NCBI GenBank assembly: GCA_963720465.1 | Contig: OY970393.1 | Span: 384,001 to 448,000, forward strand | DNA from: Methanobacteriota archaeon | Lineage (GTDB): Archaea > Halobacteriota > Bog-38 > Methanoflorentales > Methanoflorentaceae | Length of the DNA stretch: 64,000 nucleotides | Direction of reading: 5' to 3' | In this document: positions 53,282 to 64,000 of the stretch, piece by piece | How positions within the stretch are numbered: position 1 is the first letter of the stretch | Layout: each line of letters begins with the position of its first letter | Translations under genes and position numbers: made by a program | The notes under the pieces: model-generated | Database searches by the model: none | Seen by the model: the letters and a program-made list of their open reading frames with translations, nothing else | What the model was told of the DNA's origin: nothing

Positions 53282-54238
53282 TTGATGTGCGCAAGATTTA
53301 ACAGGCGTGTTCTCACAGGCTTGGCCCGATTTGACGGGTGCATTGTTCACTTGACGCATACGGATCTAGATGCGGTGTGCTGTGACGCGCTCTTTAGGAG
53401 AAAATATGGAAATGTGTTTACGATCTTTTCATCCGTTCAAGATTACAGCTCCTACTTGCAGCTTCTCGCTCAGGCCAAAAAAAAGGTGGATATGACGTTG
53501 TGTCTTTCTGATCTTGGGGGCAGAACAGACGCTTTTGAAGTTGTTGCACGGTTGAAAAGCAAAGGATGGCGCGTTGAGTGGCGCGACCATCACGTGTGGG
53601 ATGAGCGCTTTTTCGCAGATATCGAGAGCGTCGCCGACTACTTGCGCGTTGATCGCGAGCTATGTGCGTGCGAAATCGTATATACAGACCTCCTGGAAGG
53701 CGATGCAATCGCCAAGGAAGTCGCAGCGATAGGGAGAGATAGAGATTTTTGGATCAACAATGACCCACGTTCTGAAGTGCTCTCTACTGCGATAAGTGAT
53801 GATAAGTCGCGAGAGGAGATCGCATTAAAACTGTCACACGGGGCTTTTGCAGACGCCGAGATCGAAGCGATGTATGCGCTTCAAATCGGTCGGAAGAACA
53901 AAGCCATCAGCAAAGCGATAAGAAAATCGGTTCTGCTCGGTCATACGGCGGTCACGACCAGCAACGGTTACACAAGCGATGTGGCTGCGATGCTTAGGGA
54001 CGAGTATCACTCAACGACGGAGCTCATTTTGCGAGGGAATGGTGTATTCTCAGTCAGAACGGTCGCTCCGGTGAGCAACCAGATCGCAATGCTATTTAAC
54101 GGTGGTGGGCATCCGCATGCTGCTGGCGGCAATCTCTCTTTCACGAGACGAGACCAGATAGGATTTAAGCTGGTCGGGTATCGACTCGCGAAGGTGCGTA
54201 AGCTTATCGAAGCAGCATCGAGGTTCAATCACTCGTGA
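53282..54238 (+). CDS. DHH-family phosphoesterase
   Basis: THTDLD, WRDHH and GGGHPHAAG. Confidence 0.88.
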   Translation: MMCARFNRRVLTGLARFDGCIVHLTHTDLDAVCCDALFRRKYGNVFTIFSSVQDYSSYLQLLAQAKKKVDMTLCLSDLGGRTDAFEVVARLKSKGWRVEWRDHHVWDERFFADIESVADYLRVDRELCACEIVYTDLLEGDAIAKEVAAIGRDRDFWINNDPRSEVLSTAISDDKSREEIALKLSHGAFADAEIEAMYALQIGRKNKAISKAIRKSVLLGHTAVTTSNGYTSDVAAMLRDEYHSTTELILRGNGVFSVRTVAPVSNQIAMLFNGGGHPHAAGGNLSFTRRDQIGFKLVGYRLAKVRKLIEAASRFNHS

Positions 54239-55259
54239 CCGACTCGTGACCGACCAGGGTGCCCCCACGCAACTCTGCGATTAGAGCAACCACTTCTTCT
54301 GGATCATAGACCTCCTTAAACACCATAGTGTGACCACTAGTGGTCTTAATAACGACACTTCCTGTTCTCAACAGCCTTTCTAAGAAGCTCTGTTGCCTTG
54401 CGAGCTTCGCAACTCGATTGAGCGGTATAACTGCTCTCTTCTTCAAAAAAAGGCCGTTTTCAATTGATATATCACGCGAGTTGATTCCGTATCTTTCTGA
54501 ATAGACGGTGAGGGCGGTCCGAGCGGCGACGAAAAGAAAAAGCAGCATCGCGGCTCCCCTAAGCGCGGTCGCGATCAAGCTTACGTCTATGAGCCTCTGG
54601 ACAAAAAAAGACCCGAAAAGGAGAACCACTAGTAACAGTACAAGTCCTTTATGTTTTAGCGTGCAACCCAAAATACTGGGACGGGCCAAATATAAGAGCT
54701 CCTTATCATCTATATCCAACCCGCCTTTGATGATCGGATAGGCGGGCCGGGAGGCGCTAATCCGCTTGGTGTCATAGGGGGTGTTATAGGGTGAGCGGTC
54801 GCGAGTGGCTTGTGTGGAATATGATACACCCGCGGTGCGATCGTCGACGTAAGTCGCGACATAATCACGCATCTCCTCTGACACCGCCAAGGCGATTCTT
54901 GCGATTTCGGGGCTAATCTTAATCTTATGAAAAGCGACGATGCCTGATTCCCACCAGTAATCTAGCGAGTCCGCGTTTTTCTCTATCTGAGCTCGCAACG
55001 CTGGGTTGAAAGCAAAACGTCCTCGACTCCTATACTCATCTTGAAGGCAGAGCTGATACAATTCTTTAATCCGGTGAGCGTTTAGAATGACCTCTTCATA
55101 ATCGCCCGATTGATAGAAACGTCGCGCTTTCTCTATTAATCGATCTAGTGTCCGTACGGCCGTGGCGAATTCGGTTGTTGAGGAGGAGCCGTAGCTATCT
55201 CTGTTTTCTGCACGTGGATGTTCCCAATGGTCCGTACTGTCCCCTAACATATGCTTCAC
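54225..55259 (-). CDS. Membrane protein with C-terminal bacterial PH domain
   Basis: Two TM helices followed by IENGLF...[15 protein letters not shown]. Confidence 0.7.
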   Translation of the reverse strand: MKHMLGDSTDHWEHPRAENRDSYGSSSTTEFATAVRTLDRLIEKARRFYQSGDYEEVILNAHRIKELYQLCLQDEYRSRGRFAFNPALRAQIEKNADSLDYWWESGIVAFHKIKISPEIARIALAVSEEMRDYVATYVDDRTAGVSYSTQATRDRSPYNTPYDTKRISASRPAYPIIKGGLDIDDKELLYLARPSILGCTLKHKGLVLLLVVLLFGSFFVQRLIDVSLIATALRGAAMLLFLFVAARTALTVYSERYGINSRDISIENGLFLKKRAVIPLNRVAKLARQQSFLERLLRTGSVVIKTTSGHTMVFKEVYDPEEVVALIAELRGGTLVGHESVTSD

Positions 55260-55996
55260 GCCAGCCCCAGTAGCTTGTGCACTTGCGGTATGATCCTCAC
55301 CTGGCTTAAATGTCTAGCAGCGACATCCATCATCTGAAAGAGCACAGCGCTATCCGGCGGAACAGCGCGCAGCGTATGAGTAACTGGCTGCAGCACCAGA
55401 AGTAGATCGGTGCTGATCTCCGCGAGGCGCTGCGCAACGAATTCAATCATCTCGCTCGAAGTTTGCTTTAGTACAACGACTTTAATAAAAACGTCAGTTT
55501 GGGAAAGGTAGAATTCCTGGATGGTGCGTAGCTCTTCCCGAAGCAACAAATCATAAGTGGGACTAGCACCGTGTTCGGGCAGTTTTATATCGCACGCAGC
55601 AACGTCCACCGCGTGTTTGAGGCGCCGCGCGCCGCGCGAGTCCATTCCGTTGGTCTCAAGATACAGGGGTTTGGGCAGCTCTTGTGCAAGCTCTAAGATG
55701 AACTCTGTATAAAGCAAGGGTTCGCCGCCAGTCAAGCTAAGATGCGTTGTAGCTGGGGTCCACAAGCTTTCCGTAAGTTTAGCGAGATTGTTCGCTGAAA
55801 TCGGATTGTGAAGTTGATGTGCGGTATTGCACCTCACCCGACTTCCGCTCTTGCAGGGTCTCGCAGACGCTGAATCACAATAAATGCACGTAAGCGGACA
55901 CCCTTGGAATCTAACGAAAACTTGGCGCGTTCCGATATAGGGCCCCTCCCCTTGCATCGAGTTGAACACTTCAAAAACGCTTGCTGTCGCTACCAT
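55256..55996 (-). CDS. queE: 7-carboxy-7-deazaguanine synthase (radical SAM)
   Basis: [24 protein letters not shown] and PQVHK. Confidence 0.93.
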   Translation of the reverse strand: MVATASVFEVFNSMQGEGPYIGTRQVFVRFQGCPLTCIYCDSASARPCKSGSRVRCNTAHQLHNPISANNLAKLTESLWTPATTHLSLTGGEPLLYTEFILELAQELPKPLYLETNGMDSRGARRLKHAVDVAACDIKLPEHGASPTYDLLLREELRTIQEFYLSQTDVFIKVVVLKQTSSEMIEFVAQRLAEISTDLLLVLQPVTHTLRAVPPDSAVLFQMMDVAARHLSQVRIIPQVHKLLGLA

Positions 55997-56011
55997 TTTT
56001 GCTGTTACGAA

Positions 56012-56698
56012 TTAGATATCGCCTAGCCGTTTTTGCAGAGGGTCTTCCTTATTCAAGTCCTGAAAGGCGCGGCGTCTGCGGAGACAGGACTCGCAAACAC
56101 GACACGGAACGTCTTCAGCGGTGTAGCACGACCATGACCATTCGAGAGGCGCTCCAATGCGCAAGCCGAGTGCCGCGATCTTTGCTTTGTCGTATTCTAT
56201 AAGCGGGGCGACAACCTCTACTTGAGTTAGAGCAGCGTATTGCAACACATGGTTGAAAGAAGTCACGAAATCGGCAGAGTTATCCGGGAACGTTTCAGCC
56301 TCCTCTTTATTGAATCCGACGACAACAGTTTCATAGTGATAATTTTCGCAAAATGCAGTCGCAATTGAAAGAAAAACCGCATTTCGCGCAGGCACCCATA
56401 CGGCTTTTGCAGTTTCACGTACTGCTGCATAATCTTCAAGCGTCTCTTTGGTGAGCTGTGGCAGTTCGTTGTCATCGGTCAACGCTCCCTCAAAACTCGC
56501 ATACCACGGCAATTCGATGATATGATGGCTTACGCGGTACGCCGCGCATATTTTGGAAGCAAATTCGATTTCTTTGACACGCGCCTTCTGACCGTAATCG
56601 AACGTTAGGCACTTAACACTGTCATAGGCGTCATACGCAAGTTTGAAGGATACTACCGAGTCCAGGCCTGCTGACAGCAAAACAACGGCTCGTGACAT
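56012..56698 (-). CDS. queC: 7-cyano-7-deazaguanine synthase
   Basis: LLSAGLDS, FDYGQ, WVPARN and WSCY...CRVCESC. Confidence 0.94.
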   Translation of the reverse strand: MSRAVVLLSAGLDSVVSFKLAYDAYDSVKCLTFDYGQKARVKEIEFASKICAAYRVSHHIIELPWYASFEGALTDDNELPQLTKETLEDYAAVRETAKAVWVPARNAVFLSIATAFCENYHYETVVVGFNKEEAETFPDNSADFVTSFNHVLQYAALTQVEVVAPLIEYDKAKIAALGLRIGAPLEWSWSCYTAEDVPCRVCESCLRRRRAFQDLNKEDPLQKRLGDI

Positions 56699-56768
56699 CT
56701 TGACGCCTCGCACTCGCAGAGTTCTATTAGGCAAAGCATTAATTAAAATTGCCTGTTCATTTATTCAC

Positions 56769-57041
56769 ATGTACAAAACTGCTGAGATTCTTGTGTCCGG
56801 CTATGTACAAGCCGTCGGCTACCGCCTGTATACTAAGCGATATGCAGATCATTTGGGCGTCACTGGTTTTGTTCAAAACTTGCCTGACGGAAACGTGAGA
56901 GTAGTAGCATCAGGCGCTGAAGAGGATCTCGCACGTTTTATCGAGCAGTTGCGAGAGGGCCCACGAGCGGCAATAGTTAAAGGCGTTAATGTGACGTGGA
57001 AGAATGGAGAGAACACCTGCAAAGAATTTGTTATGAGGTGA
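56769..57041 (+). CDS. acyP: Acylphosphatase
   Basis: GYVQAVGYR and GFVQNLPDGNV. Confidence 0.92.
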   Translation: MYKTAEILVSGYVQAVGYRLYTKRYADHLGVTGFVQNLPDGNVRVVASGAEEDLARFIEQLREGPRAAIVKGVNVTWKNGENTCKEFVMR

Positions 57042-57446
57042 GCCGCGCTGCGCATCCCTGAGGTAGGTCGGACCATGTTCAGTGGCCTCGCCCTGTAGTT
57101 TCGCTCTTTACCAAGTCGAAGTCTTCCATCTTGCAAGGATGCAGTCTCGTTCATTGGTTGTTAAAGTTAGGTGTAGCGCAACTTCCGAAACTTCCACACC
57201 TACTTTGCGGCCTACATCATTGAGATAAGGTCTATCTAGATTAACCGCAGATCTTATGCAATAATGAGCCTGCGAGGTCAAGCGAGCCATGAGGGCTGAA
57301 CCCTGCTCTCTCGCTATCGTCGTGTGCGTTTTAGTCACGTCTCAGTATGTTGTAGGCAAGCGTCTTGAGAAGGACGAATGCAAGTCACGCTGCCAATTCC
57401 CAAATGCTTTTCTAGGACGACAATGATGTGCGCAACACTCGACGGA

Positions 57447-59072
57447 TTATGTCCATCGTCGCCGGGAATCGGTCATTATATCGACAAGCGTCGGTTTTTT
57501 CGCGGAGAGAGCATTTTTTAACGTCTCTTTCAGATCTTGTGGGCCGTCAACCGTAAATCCCTCCCCTCCGCAGGAGTCTGCGTAGTGGGCAAAATCGATC
57601 CTGTGCAAGTCGGTGGCAAAATGCGGGACGCCCGCTTCATCCTGCTCGTGTTCAATCATGGCGAGTTTGGCGTTGTCCAGCAATACAACGGTTAGGGGCA
57701 GCTCGTTGACTACGGCAGTGGCGAAGTCGCCCATTACCATCGTGAAGCCCCCGTCGCCGGTCGTACAGACGACTTGGCGCTCAGGGTACACTAGTTGTGC
57801 AGCCAGTGCTGCGGGCAGGCCAAACCCCATAGAGGCAACATATCCGGATATCAAGATTTCTTGATCTGTTGCCACGAAGTTGCGGGCAAACCAGAGCGTA
57901 TTATCACCGACGTCGTTTGCAATGACGGCATCGTGATCGATAACCTCTTGCAGGGCGTCCATTACTTGTGGCCCTCGCACAGGCGACGCGTCAGAAGCGA
58001 TTTCTTGCTGCTTTTTTTGCTCCCAGCGTTTCTTGATGCGGGCCACCTGATCCAAGTACCCATCCGCGTGCTTATCGGTCACTTTCTCGTGCAACGCAGG
58101 CATTACCATCGCTGCGTCTCCGACGAGTCCAACGCTCACGGGGAACTTCCGCCCGATCATGATAGGTTCGAGATCAATCTGAACTTGCGATATATATGAC
58201 GGCACCGCGGTGTTGTCTGAATAAGAGCACCCAACGGTGACCAGCAAATCCGCGCCAAACACCACTCTCTTCGCGGGATCGGTCCCAATATCCCCCATTA
58301 CACCTAAAGCGAGGGCATGATCCTCTGGAATGACGCCTTTGGCTTTGTATGTCGTGGCAACCGGGGCATCGATCTTTTCCGCTAGGAGTAAGACGGAGTC
58401 TCTTTGTCTTCGAGCGCCGTATCCAACGATCAAAACAGGCCTTTCCGCCGCATCAATGGCATTTACTGCCGCCGTAATCAGCTGCGGATGAGGCATCAGT
58501 CGCAAATCGGGCAATCGTCCTTCTTTCGGCTTAGTTTTGACGTTGGGAAGCACAGGGAGCGTCTGCACGTTCGTTGGTACGCCCAGATGAGAGACGCTGC
58601 GCCCGACAATCGCTCGCTTCATCGCTAACGTGAGAAGCTCGGTTACTTGCTCTGGTGAGTCAATTACCTCATTGAAATCGGCGACTGCCTCAAAAAGCGC
58701 GTGTTGATCGATCTCTTGGAACGATCCCAAGCCCAAGAACTGCAGCCCAACTTGTCCAGTGAGGGCCAACACCGGTGCGTGGTCCATTTTTGCATCATAG
58801 AGACCGGTGACTAAGTTCGTTGCTCCTGGTCCGGCTATAGAGAGACAGACTCCTAAGTCATTGGTGAGCTTCGCATACGCAGACGCCATGAAGGCGGCGA
58901 CTTCCTCGTGCCGCACGAGTATAAAGCGTATCTGGTCGCTTCTCCTCCTGATTGCGTCAACGATCTGAAGCGATGTCTCGCCGGGAATTCCGTAGACCTG
59001 TTTTACGCCCCATTCAACGAGCTGCTCAACGATTATGTCGGCCACAAGTCGCTGGGTCTCACCTTCTGCCAT
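57447..59072 (-). CDS. TPP-dependent pyruvate oxidase/dehydrogenase-like enzyme
   Basis: VRHEEVAAFMASAYAK, GPGATNL..GLYDA, FQEID and GDGGF. Start uncertain. Confidence 0.85.
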   Translation of the reverse strand: MAEGETQRLVADIIVEQLVEWGVKQVYGIPGETSLQIVDAIRRRSDQIRFILVRHEEVAAFMASAYAKLTNDLGVCLSIAGPGATNLVTGLYDAKMDHAPVLALTGQVGLQFLGLGSFQEIDQHALFEAVADFNEVIDSPEQVTELLTLAMKRAIVGRSVSHLGVPTNVQTLPVLPNVKTKPKEGRLPDLRLMPHPQLITAAVNAIDAAERPVLIVGYGARRQRDSVLLLAEKIDAPVATTYKAKGVIPEDHALALGVMGDIGTDPAKRVVFGADLLVTVGCSYSDNTAVPSYISQVQIDLEPIMIGRKFPVSVGLVGDAAMVMPALHEKVTDKHADGYLDQVARIKKRWEQKKQQEIASDASPVRGPQVMDALQEVIDHDAVIANDVGDNTLWFARNFVATDQEILISGYVASMGFGLPAALAAQLVYPERQVVCTTGDGGFTMVMGDFATAVVNELPLTVVLLDNAKLAMIEHEQDEAGVPHFATDLHRIDFAHYADSCGGEGFTVDGPQDLKETLKNALSAKKPTLVDIMTDSRRRWT

Positions 59073-59390
59073 CTCGCCACTCACGTCTGCCACGCCTCCT
59101 TTCATGTCGGCTAAAGACCGATTACTCGCAAGCCTCGTGCTGAACAAAAATAAGGGTCGCGCGGGGCTCGATGCCAAGTTTGTTCAAGCAGCTGTGACTA
59201 CTTAAAGATTGCACGCAAAAAAAGCCCGATAAGCAGCTGGTTTGAGACACACGCACGACAATTGCGGCACTACTGGCGTATTATAAAATGTGTTAAATGT
59301 GTTCGGACGCTGCCCGCTGGCTCACTTTGGATTGCATGCGCGTGACGCGATTTCGGCGCCAATTGCGACAGCTCTGAGGCCTGAGCCGAG

Positions 59391-60626
59391 TCACGTCACT
59401 ATCGGATAAGTCACACCTGACAGTTCGCTTGTATCGGACGTTAGGGCAACCAAATCGTGCACATCTAGCCTGTGCACGTCACCCTTGCCTACCGCTCTCG
59501 AAATATCGGCAAGTTCCAGCGTCGAAACTCGGATGAAATTAGCAAGCTTCCAGGCGCCGCGATCGATGCTGAATCGCTTGACGAGGTCGGGGTCCTGCGT
59601 CGTTGTCCCAGTAGGACATTGGTTGGTTTCACATATGCGGTAGTATTCACAGGACATTGCCCAGAGCGCCGCTGTTGCGATGTAGACTGCGTCCGCCCCC
59701 AGCGCTAAGCACTTTGCAAAATCACCGGACGTGCGCAATCCTCCTGCCGCGATGAGCTCCGCGTGTTGTCGGTACCCAACCTCCCTAAGATACTGATGCG
59801 CCCGAGGCAGCAAGTTAATGAGGGGCAGCCCGAAATTGTCTCGGATATGGTTAAGGGGGGCGCCGCTGCCCCCTCCAAACCCGTCAACGACTATGTAGTC
59901 GGGCTCCGCATAAATGATTGCGTCGAGGTCTTTCTGGACATGTCCGCCCGCAAACTTAATGCCCACCGGCTTGCCCTCTGTTGTGTCTCGCAGCGTGTCT
60001 ATCTTCTGCTTAAGATCTTCGGCGCTACTGACATCTGGGTGCCGCGCGGGGCTTCGCGCGTCGGTACCCGCGGATATACCACGGGTCGTAGCGATAAGTT
60101 CGGTAACTTTGCTGGCCGGAACTAGGCTCCCGGTGGCAGGGTACGCTGATTGACTGATCCGAAATTCGATCATGTCTGCTTGTTTGAGCCGTTCATCCCA
60201 GACGCCAAAATGGCCGGTCGAGTATTGCAGCGTGAGGTACTTAGCGGATTCTCGCTCTTCGTCGAGCATACCGCCCTCCCCGGTATTTGCCGCCGTGCCC
60301 GCGAGCGTTGACGCTTTCGCAAGGGCGATCTTCTGTTCTTTGTTTAAGGCGCCGAAACTCATTCCCGAGATCAGTATTGGCGTTTCGAGCTGAATCGGCT
60401 TCTTCGAGCGTTTACCAATCGTCGTGCTCGTGTTGACTTGCTCCTCCGAGTTTAAGGGGAAGAGGTACAGTTGTGCCGGAAGGAAATTGAGCATGTCAAG
60501 GCTTGCTCGGATCGGCTTCATCGACCCCATGCCTTCCCGCAGTGATTTGTTCAGCGTTGCGGTCTTTTTAACGTCAAGAATTTTTTTGTACTCCAAAGGA
60601 TGCTCGTAATACATCATCTCTCGCAT
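59391..60626 (-). CDS. FMN-binding glutamate synthase family protein
   Basis: GMSFGAL, NTGEGG, SPARHPD and C-x4-C-x4-CPTG..TQD. Confidence 0.88.
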   Translation of the reverse strand: MREMMYYEHPLEYKKILDVKKTATLNKSLREGMGSMKPIRASLDMLNFLPAQLYLFPLNSEEQVNTSTTIGKRSKKPIQLETPILISGMSFGALNKEQKIALAKASTLAGTAANTGEGGMLDEERESAKYLTLQYSTGHFGVWDERLKQADMIEFRISQSAYPATGSLVPASKVTELIATTRGISAGTDARSPARHPDVSSAEDLKQKIDTLRDTTEGKPVGIKFAGGHVQKDLDAIIYAEPDYIVVDGFGGGSGAPLNHIRDNFGLPLINLLPRAHQYLREVGYRQHAELIAAGGLRTSGDFAKCLALGADAVYIATAALWAMSCEYYRICETNQCPTGTTTQDPDLVKRFSIDRGAWKLANFIRVSTLELADISRAVGKGDVHRLDVHDLVALTSDTSELSGVTYPIVT

Positions 60627-60784
60627 GATTACCTCTCGGCTTCTGCGCCGCTTATCACAGTGGATGAGTTATATTTATTGGTTTCTAGCCCCTATAACAG
60701 AGCGGAACACCCAGGAACTGCGGCAGGAGCGTCACGATTCGTGAAATTTACGCACGTTTTTTGCCTGACACGCGGAGGGGGCAC

Positions 60785-61183
60785 ATGGCAACTAGTACGA
60801 GACGAAACAGGTTGGCTGAGAGTAGGCGTCAGTTGACGAAACTGCTGATCATTGCGGCTTTGATTAAATATGGACTTCAGATAGGCGACATTGACGTTGG
60901 GAAAGTTGTCCAAGACGACATTGACGAAGCAGCTGATCTTGCCAAACACGGTTCCGTCCACGTTCCAACGGTCTTGATTAACGTCAAGCAATTCGACCGT
61001 TTCGAGCGCTACGTTCCGGCTTGGTTGCGTTTATCTATCGAAACAGGTGTATTGGACGTTCTCGACACGCTCGATAGCGGGGAGATCATTATCGGTTTGC
61101 CGCATGACACGGAAAAACGATGTATCGTGATCCCAAGCAGGATAGCGAAAGAGTTTAAGGAGCTGAACGCGCCAACTGCGTGA
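60785..61183 (+). CDS. Hypothetical protein
   Basis: GGAGG upstream of ATG; coherent 132-aa ORF. Confidence 0.55.
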   Translation: MATSTRRNRLAESRRQLTKLLIIAALIKYGLQIGDIDVGKVVQDDIDEAADLAKHGSVHVPTVLINVKQFDRFERYVPAWLRLSIETGVLDVLDTLDSGEIIIGLPHDTEKRCIVIPSRIAKEFKELNAPTA

Positions 61184-61306
61184 GCGACGTGAATGAAGCG
61201 CGGGAAGAGGCAAGCCGAATGAGTTTTGGGCTAAGGCCCCACCGCACTGGCGTACTCTAGTGAAGATGGACCACCAGAACGGGCGTCGGTCGCTACAGGA
61301 AGCTTT

Positions 61307-61795
61307 ATGTCCGCCGCGCTCTTCGTAGCAAGCGTGCGGAAGACGATCGTGCTAACGCTGTGCATCTTGTCGTGCTGCTGCCTAGTCAGCGGCTGCACGG
61401 GCAGTGCGCCGAATCAGACGGCAAGTAGCCAGGGATCGAACAGTCCCCAGGCATCGCAACTCTCAGTGAGTTCGGCTCTGACGGCGCTCGGCGAGCCGGT
61501 GTCGATTCAAGCGACCTTGAAGGATGGAAACGGGCGGGCCTTGGATGGCAAGATCGTCGAATGGTTCATCGATGGCGTGTCAGTCGGAAAAAGCCAGGTG
61601 AAGAGCGGGGTCACGATGATGAACCTAACTGGCGAGTACGTCGAAAACTTAGGCATCAACGCACATCAGGTGCGGGTGAGTTTCTACGGAGACGCAAGTT
61701 ACGATAGTAGCACCGCTACTTCATTTTTGCAGGTTACGGCGACCGGTGCGCCAGAGGAAGTAGCTTCGTCCAATTCCACAGCGAGTGCTGTTTGA
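61307..61795 (+). CDS. Lipoprotein with Ig-like domain
   Basis: Lipobox VSGC, Ser-rich linker and beta-rich domain. Confidence 0.7.
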   Translation: MSAALFVASVRKTIVLTLCILSCCCLVSGCTGSAPNQTASSQGSNSPQASQLSVSSALTALGEPVSIQATLKDGNGRALDGKIVEWFIDGVSVGKSQVKSGVTMMNLTGEYVENLGINAHQVRVSFYGDASYDSSTATSFLQVTATGAPEEVASSNSTASAV

Positions 61796-61932
61796 GCGTT
61801 CTGCCAAACGTCGAGCGCAAGCTACTCTGATTTGCGCGCTGCTGTTCCGTTTCTAGTGCAACAAGATTGGGACGAGCACTCACGCAAGCTCGACGTACAT
61901 ACGACGGGGGTTTCTCCGCGCGTCGTTGAGCG

Positions 61933-62070
61933 TCAGTCGATCTTCGTTTCGTTTACGTATCGCGAAAAGTTCGGGTTTTTGAGGTCAATGAGATCTAGAA
62001 AAGTCTCAAAATCTTCCTCAAATTCTAGCCCAAAGAGCTCGGTCTCAAAGGTCGATGCTTGACAATTCAT
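61933..62070 (-). CDS. 45-aa small acidic protein (tentative)
   Basis: MNCQASTFETELFGLEFEEDFETFLDLIDLKNPNFSRYVNETKID; TTTAAG upstream. Confidence 0.4.
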   Translation of the reverse strand: MNCQASTFETELFGLEFEEDFETFLDLIDLKNPNFSRYVNETKID

Positions 62071-62313
62071 TTCTCGTAATTGGATTCTAGCTCCTACTTA
62101 AAGCTTTTCTTTTGCTTAGAAAGCAAAAAAACGGCGCTGTAGTCTCCATACCGGCAGATCCCGCATATAGAACGCGCGAGCGCTAAAGCCGCACTCCAAT
62201 GGAAACATTGCTAGCGCGGACTGGCTAAACGCGTTGCTGTAACGGTCTATAGTGCATCCCAGTCAGTTCAACGGTGGAGAAGGTTATATAGGACATCTGT
62301 AGGTTCATGGTCG

Positions 62314-62604
62314 ATGAACCCTGAGATAGACTTGAATCAGCTCGTCGACGAGTTTTTGCGATTTGAAAAATACGTGGAAGAGTCTAAACTCTACGAACGC
62401 GTAGTCGCAGCGCCGTCGTTGTCAGACGATCAGTTATTTCTTGAACAAGACTGGCAACGGTTCGTGGCGTACAAGTACAATCAGGCGGGAGAACGCGATG
62501 GTCTCCAAGACGCGATACGGAACGGTTACGTTTTGCTGCTCGAGAAGCTCACCGAGCTGGCCCAGCAGGCCGGTTCGCAGCACAGCGAGCTCGACAAAGA
62601 GTAG
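62314..62604 (+). CDS. Hypothetical protein
   Basis: TTATATA ~25 nt upstream (possibly leaderless); helical composition. Confidence 0.6.
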   Translation: MNPEIDLNQLVDEFLRFEKYVEESKLYERVVAAPSLSDDQLFLEQDWQRFVAYKYNQAGERDGLQDAIRNGYVLLLEKLTELAQQAGSQHSELDKE

Positions 62605-62787
62605 CAACAGCGGCTAAGATCGGTGCTTCGCGTCTGGCAGCGAGGGTAACGTCGCCTTTTTCGCGTGCGAAAGCTTCATGGCTCGCGATATCCTTGATTT
62701 TGCCTCGGTTGTTTACGCTCAAATTGGCTCAAACCTAAATACGTGGCGGTGCTAGATTGCCAATAACATCCCACCGAGGCAAAGAGA

Positions 62788-63150
62788 ATGAAGGTAGAGA
62801 AACTGAGACAGCTCTTCAAAACAGTTCTTTCAGAAATGAAGAGGGAGCTGAAGAGCTACACGTGGCTTTTTTGCGCTGAGCGCGGTTATTGCATCAACGA
62901 TTCACTCTTGGTTGTGGACGATGCAGGACTTTTGCCGGCAATTCGCGTCGCTTTAACCCCTGCGTTGCGGTACGAACTGCCACAGCTTGCGGACCTTGCC
63001 GCTGAACTCGAGCATGACCTCACCAACATCGTCTTCGACTGCGCCTATAATACGAGGCACAAGATAGGCGCGGAAGATCTGAAGACGATCGGGCATATTC
63101 CGTATGTCAGTGAGCATATCTGGCGACTAATGACCGTGCCACAAAACTAG
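62788..63150 (+). CDS. Hypothetical protein
   Basis: ATG start with GAGG upstream; 120 aa. Confidence 0.55.
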   Translation: MKVEKLRQLFKTVLSEMKRELKSYTWLFCAERGYCINDSLLVVDDAGLLPAIRVALTPALRYELPQLADLAAELEHDLTNIVFDCAYNTRHKIGAEDLKTIGHIPYVSEHIWRLMTVPQN

Positions 63151-63273
63151 TCTGGCCCGTATTCGACGCCTTGTCTGGCCGCTCATTGTTCTAAGACGAC
63201 AGAGCTTTTTTAGCGCTCACGCCCTCCGGCCCTAATAGAAATGCTTTTATACGGTTTAATATCATTGCGTGAC

Positions 63274-63287
63274 GGAAGTAGGTTTCC
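63274..63287. promoter_or_regulatory. NrpR-type nitrogen operator
   Basis: GGAA-GTAGGT-TTCC (GGAA-N6-TTCC) ~25 nt downstream of TTTTATA, upstream of amtB. Confidence 0.8.
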
Positions 63288-63341
63288 TACTTCTTACTTT
63301 CCGCACACGTAAGATTTGTGGATTTGAACACGGAGGAACAG

Positions 63342-64000
63342 ATGGTTATTGCCGTTCTCAGTTCGGGAGATACCGCGTGGATGCTTATGTCCACGGCTCT
63401 CGTGATGTTGATGACGATTCCTGGATTGGCCTTGTTCTATGGCGGGCTCGTAAAAAAAGAGACCGTCTTGAATACCCTCTTCCTGTCTTTTTCGGCGTAC
63501 GCTATGGTGAGCATCATCTGGTTCATTTATGGATACCCCCTAGTGTTTGGCCCTGACGTGCACGGGTTTATCGGCGCTCCAGGAAACTTCTTCTTCCATA
63601 ATGTGGTGGAATCGAATACGTTGGTTGGGTCGATACCGACGAGCGTTTACGCGGCTTTCGAAATGACGTTCGCGGCGATCACCGTAGCTCTTATCTCGGG
63701 CGCTATCATCGGACGGATGAAGTTCAGCGCGTGGATGCTGTTTGTTCCGCTGTGGGCCACTTTCGTCTACCTTCCTGTCGCTCACTGGGTATGGGGCGGC
63801 GGGTGGCTCGCACAACTCGGCGCCCTTGATTTCGCTGGTGGCACCGTCGTTCACATCAACAGCGGCGTTGCGGCGTTAGCCCTCTGTTTGGTGCTCAGAG
63901 GCCGAAAAGAGCGAAGCATGCTGCCACACCAGCTCGGATATGCGATCATAGGTGCCGGTCTGCTTTGGTTTGGGTGGTTCGGTTTCAACGCTGGATCCGC
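63342..64000 (+). CDS. amtB: Ammonium transporter (3' partial)
   Basis: [37 protein letters not shown] and [13 protein letters not shown]. Confidence 0.96.
   Translation, partial: MVIAVLSSGDTAWMLMSTALVMLMTIPGLALFYGGLVKKETVLNTLFLSFSAYAMVSIIWFIYGYPLVFGPDVHGFIGAPGNFFFHNVVESNTLVGSIPTSVYAAFEMTFAAITVALISGAIIGRMKFSAWMLFVPLWATFVYLPVAHWVWGGGWLAQLGALDFAGGTVVHINSGVAALALCLVLRGRKERSMLPHQLGYAIIGAGLLWFGWFGFNAGS

Overview
Archaeal chromosomal window, most consistent with a methanogen-like Halobacteriota/Methanomicrobia-type genome (ftr, gatDE, tiaS, thermosome, exosome/proteasome superoperon); the taxon is an inference. About 19.4-57 kb is mostly core housekeeping: CoA synthesis, argH-gatD-gatE, leuA, the rpl15e to pfdB superoperon, ileS, thermosome, tiaS and queC/E. 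It is followed by a pyruvate-oxidase-like gene, an FMN glutamate-synthase-like gene and a partial amtB with an NrpR-type operator. The first ~19 kb is accessory and decaying: a split SSV-type integrase pseudogene at a tRNA-Asp 3' half, TrmB regulators, lipoproteins sharing a duplicated promoter/leader cassette, several pseudogenes, and two copies of a secreted Cys-rich protein with a conserved structured 3' UTR. The most striking unexplained signal is a ~670-nt plus-strand element at ~12945-13620 with no credible ORF. It has its own TATA box, a T-tract end, many nested long-range helices and probable pseudoknots, and is a candidate new large structured ncRNA. All calls are from reading the sequence by eye; no searches or folding programs were run.
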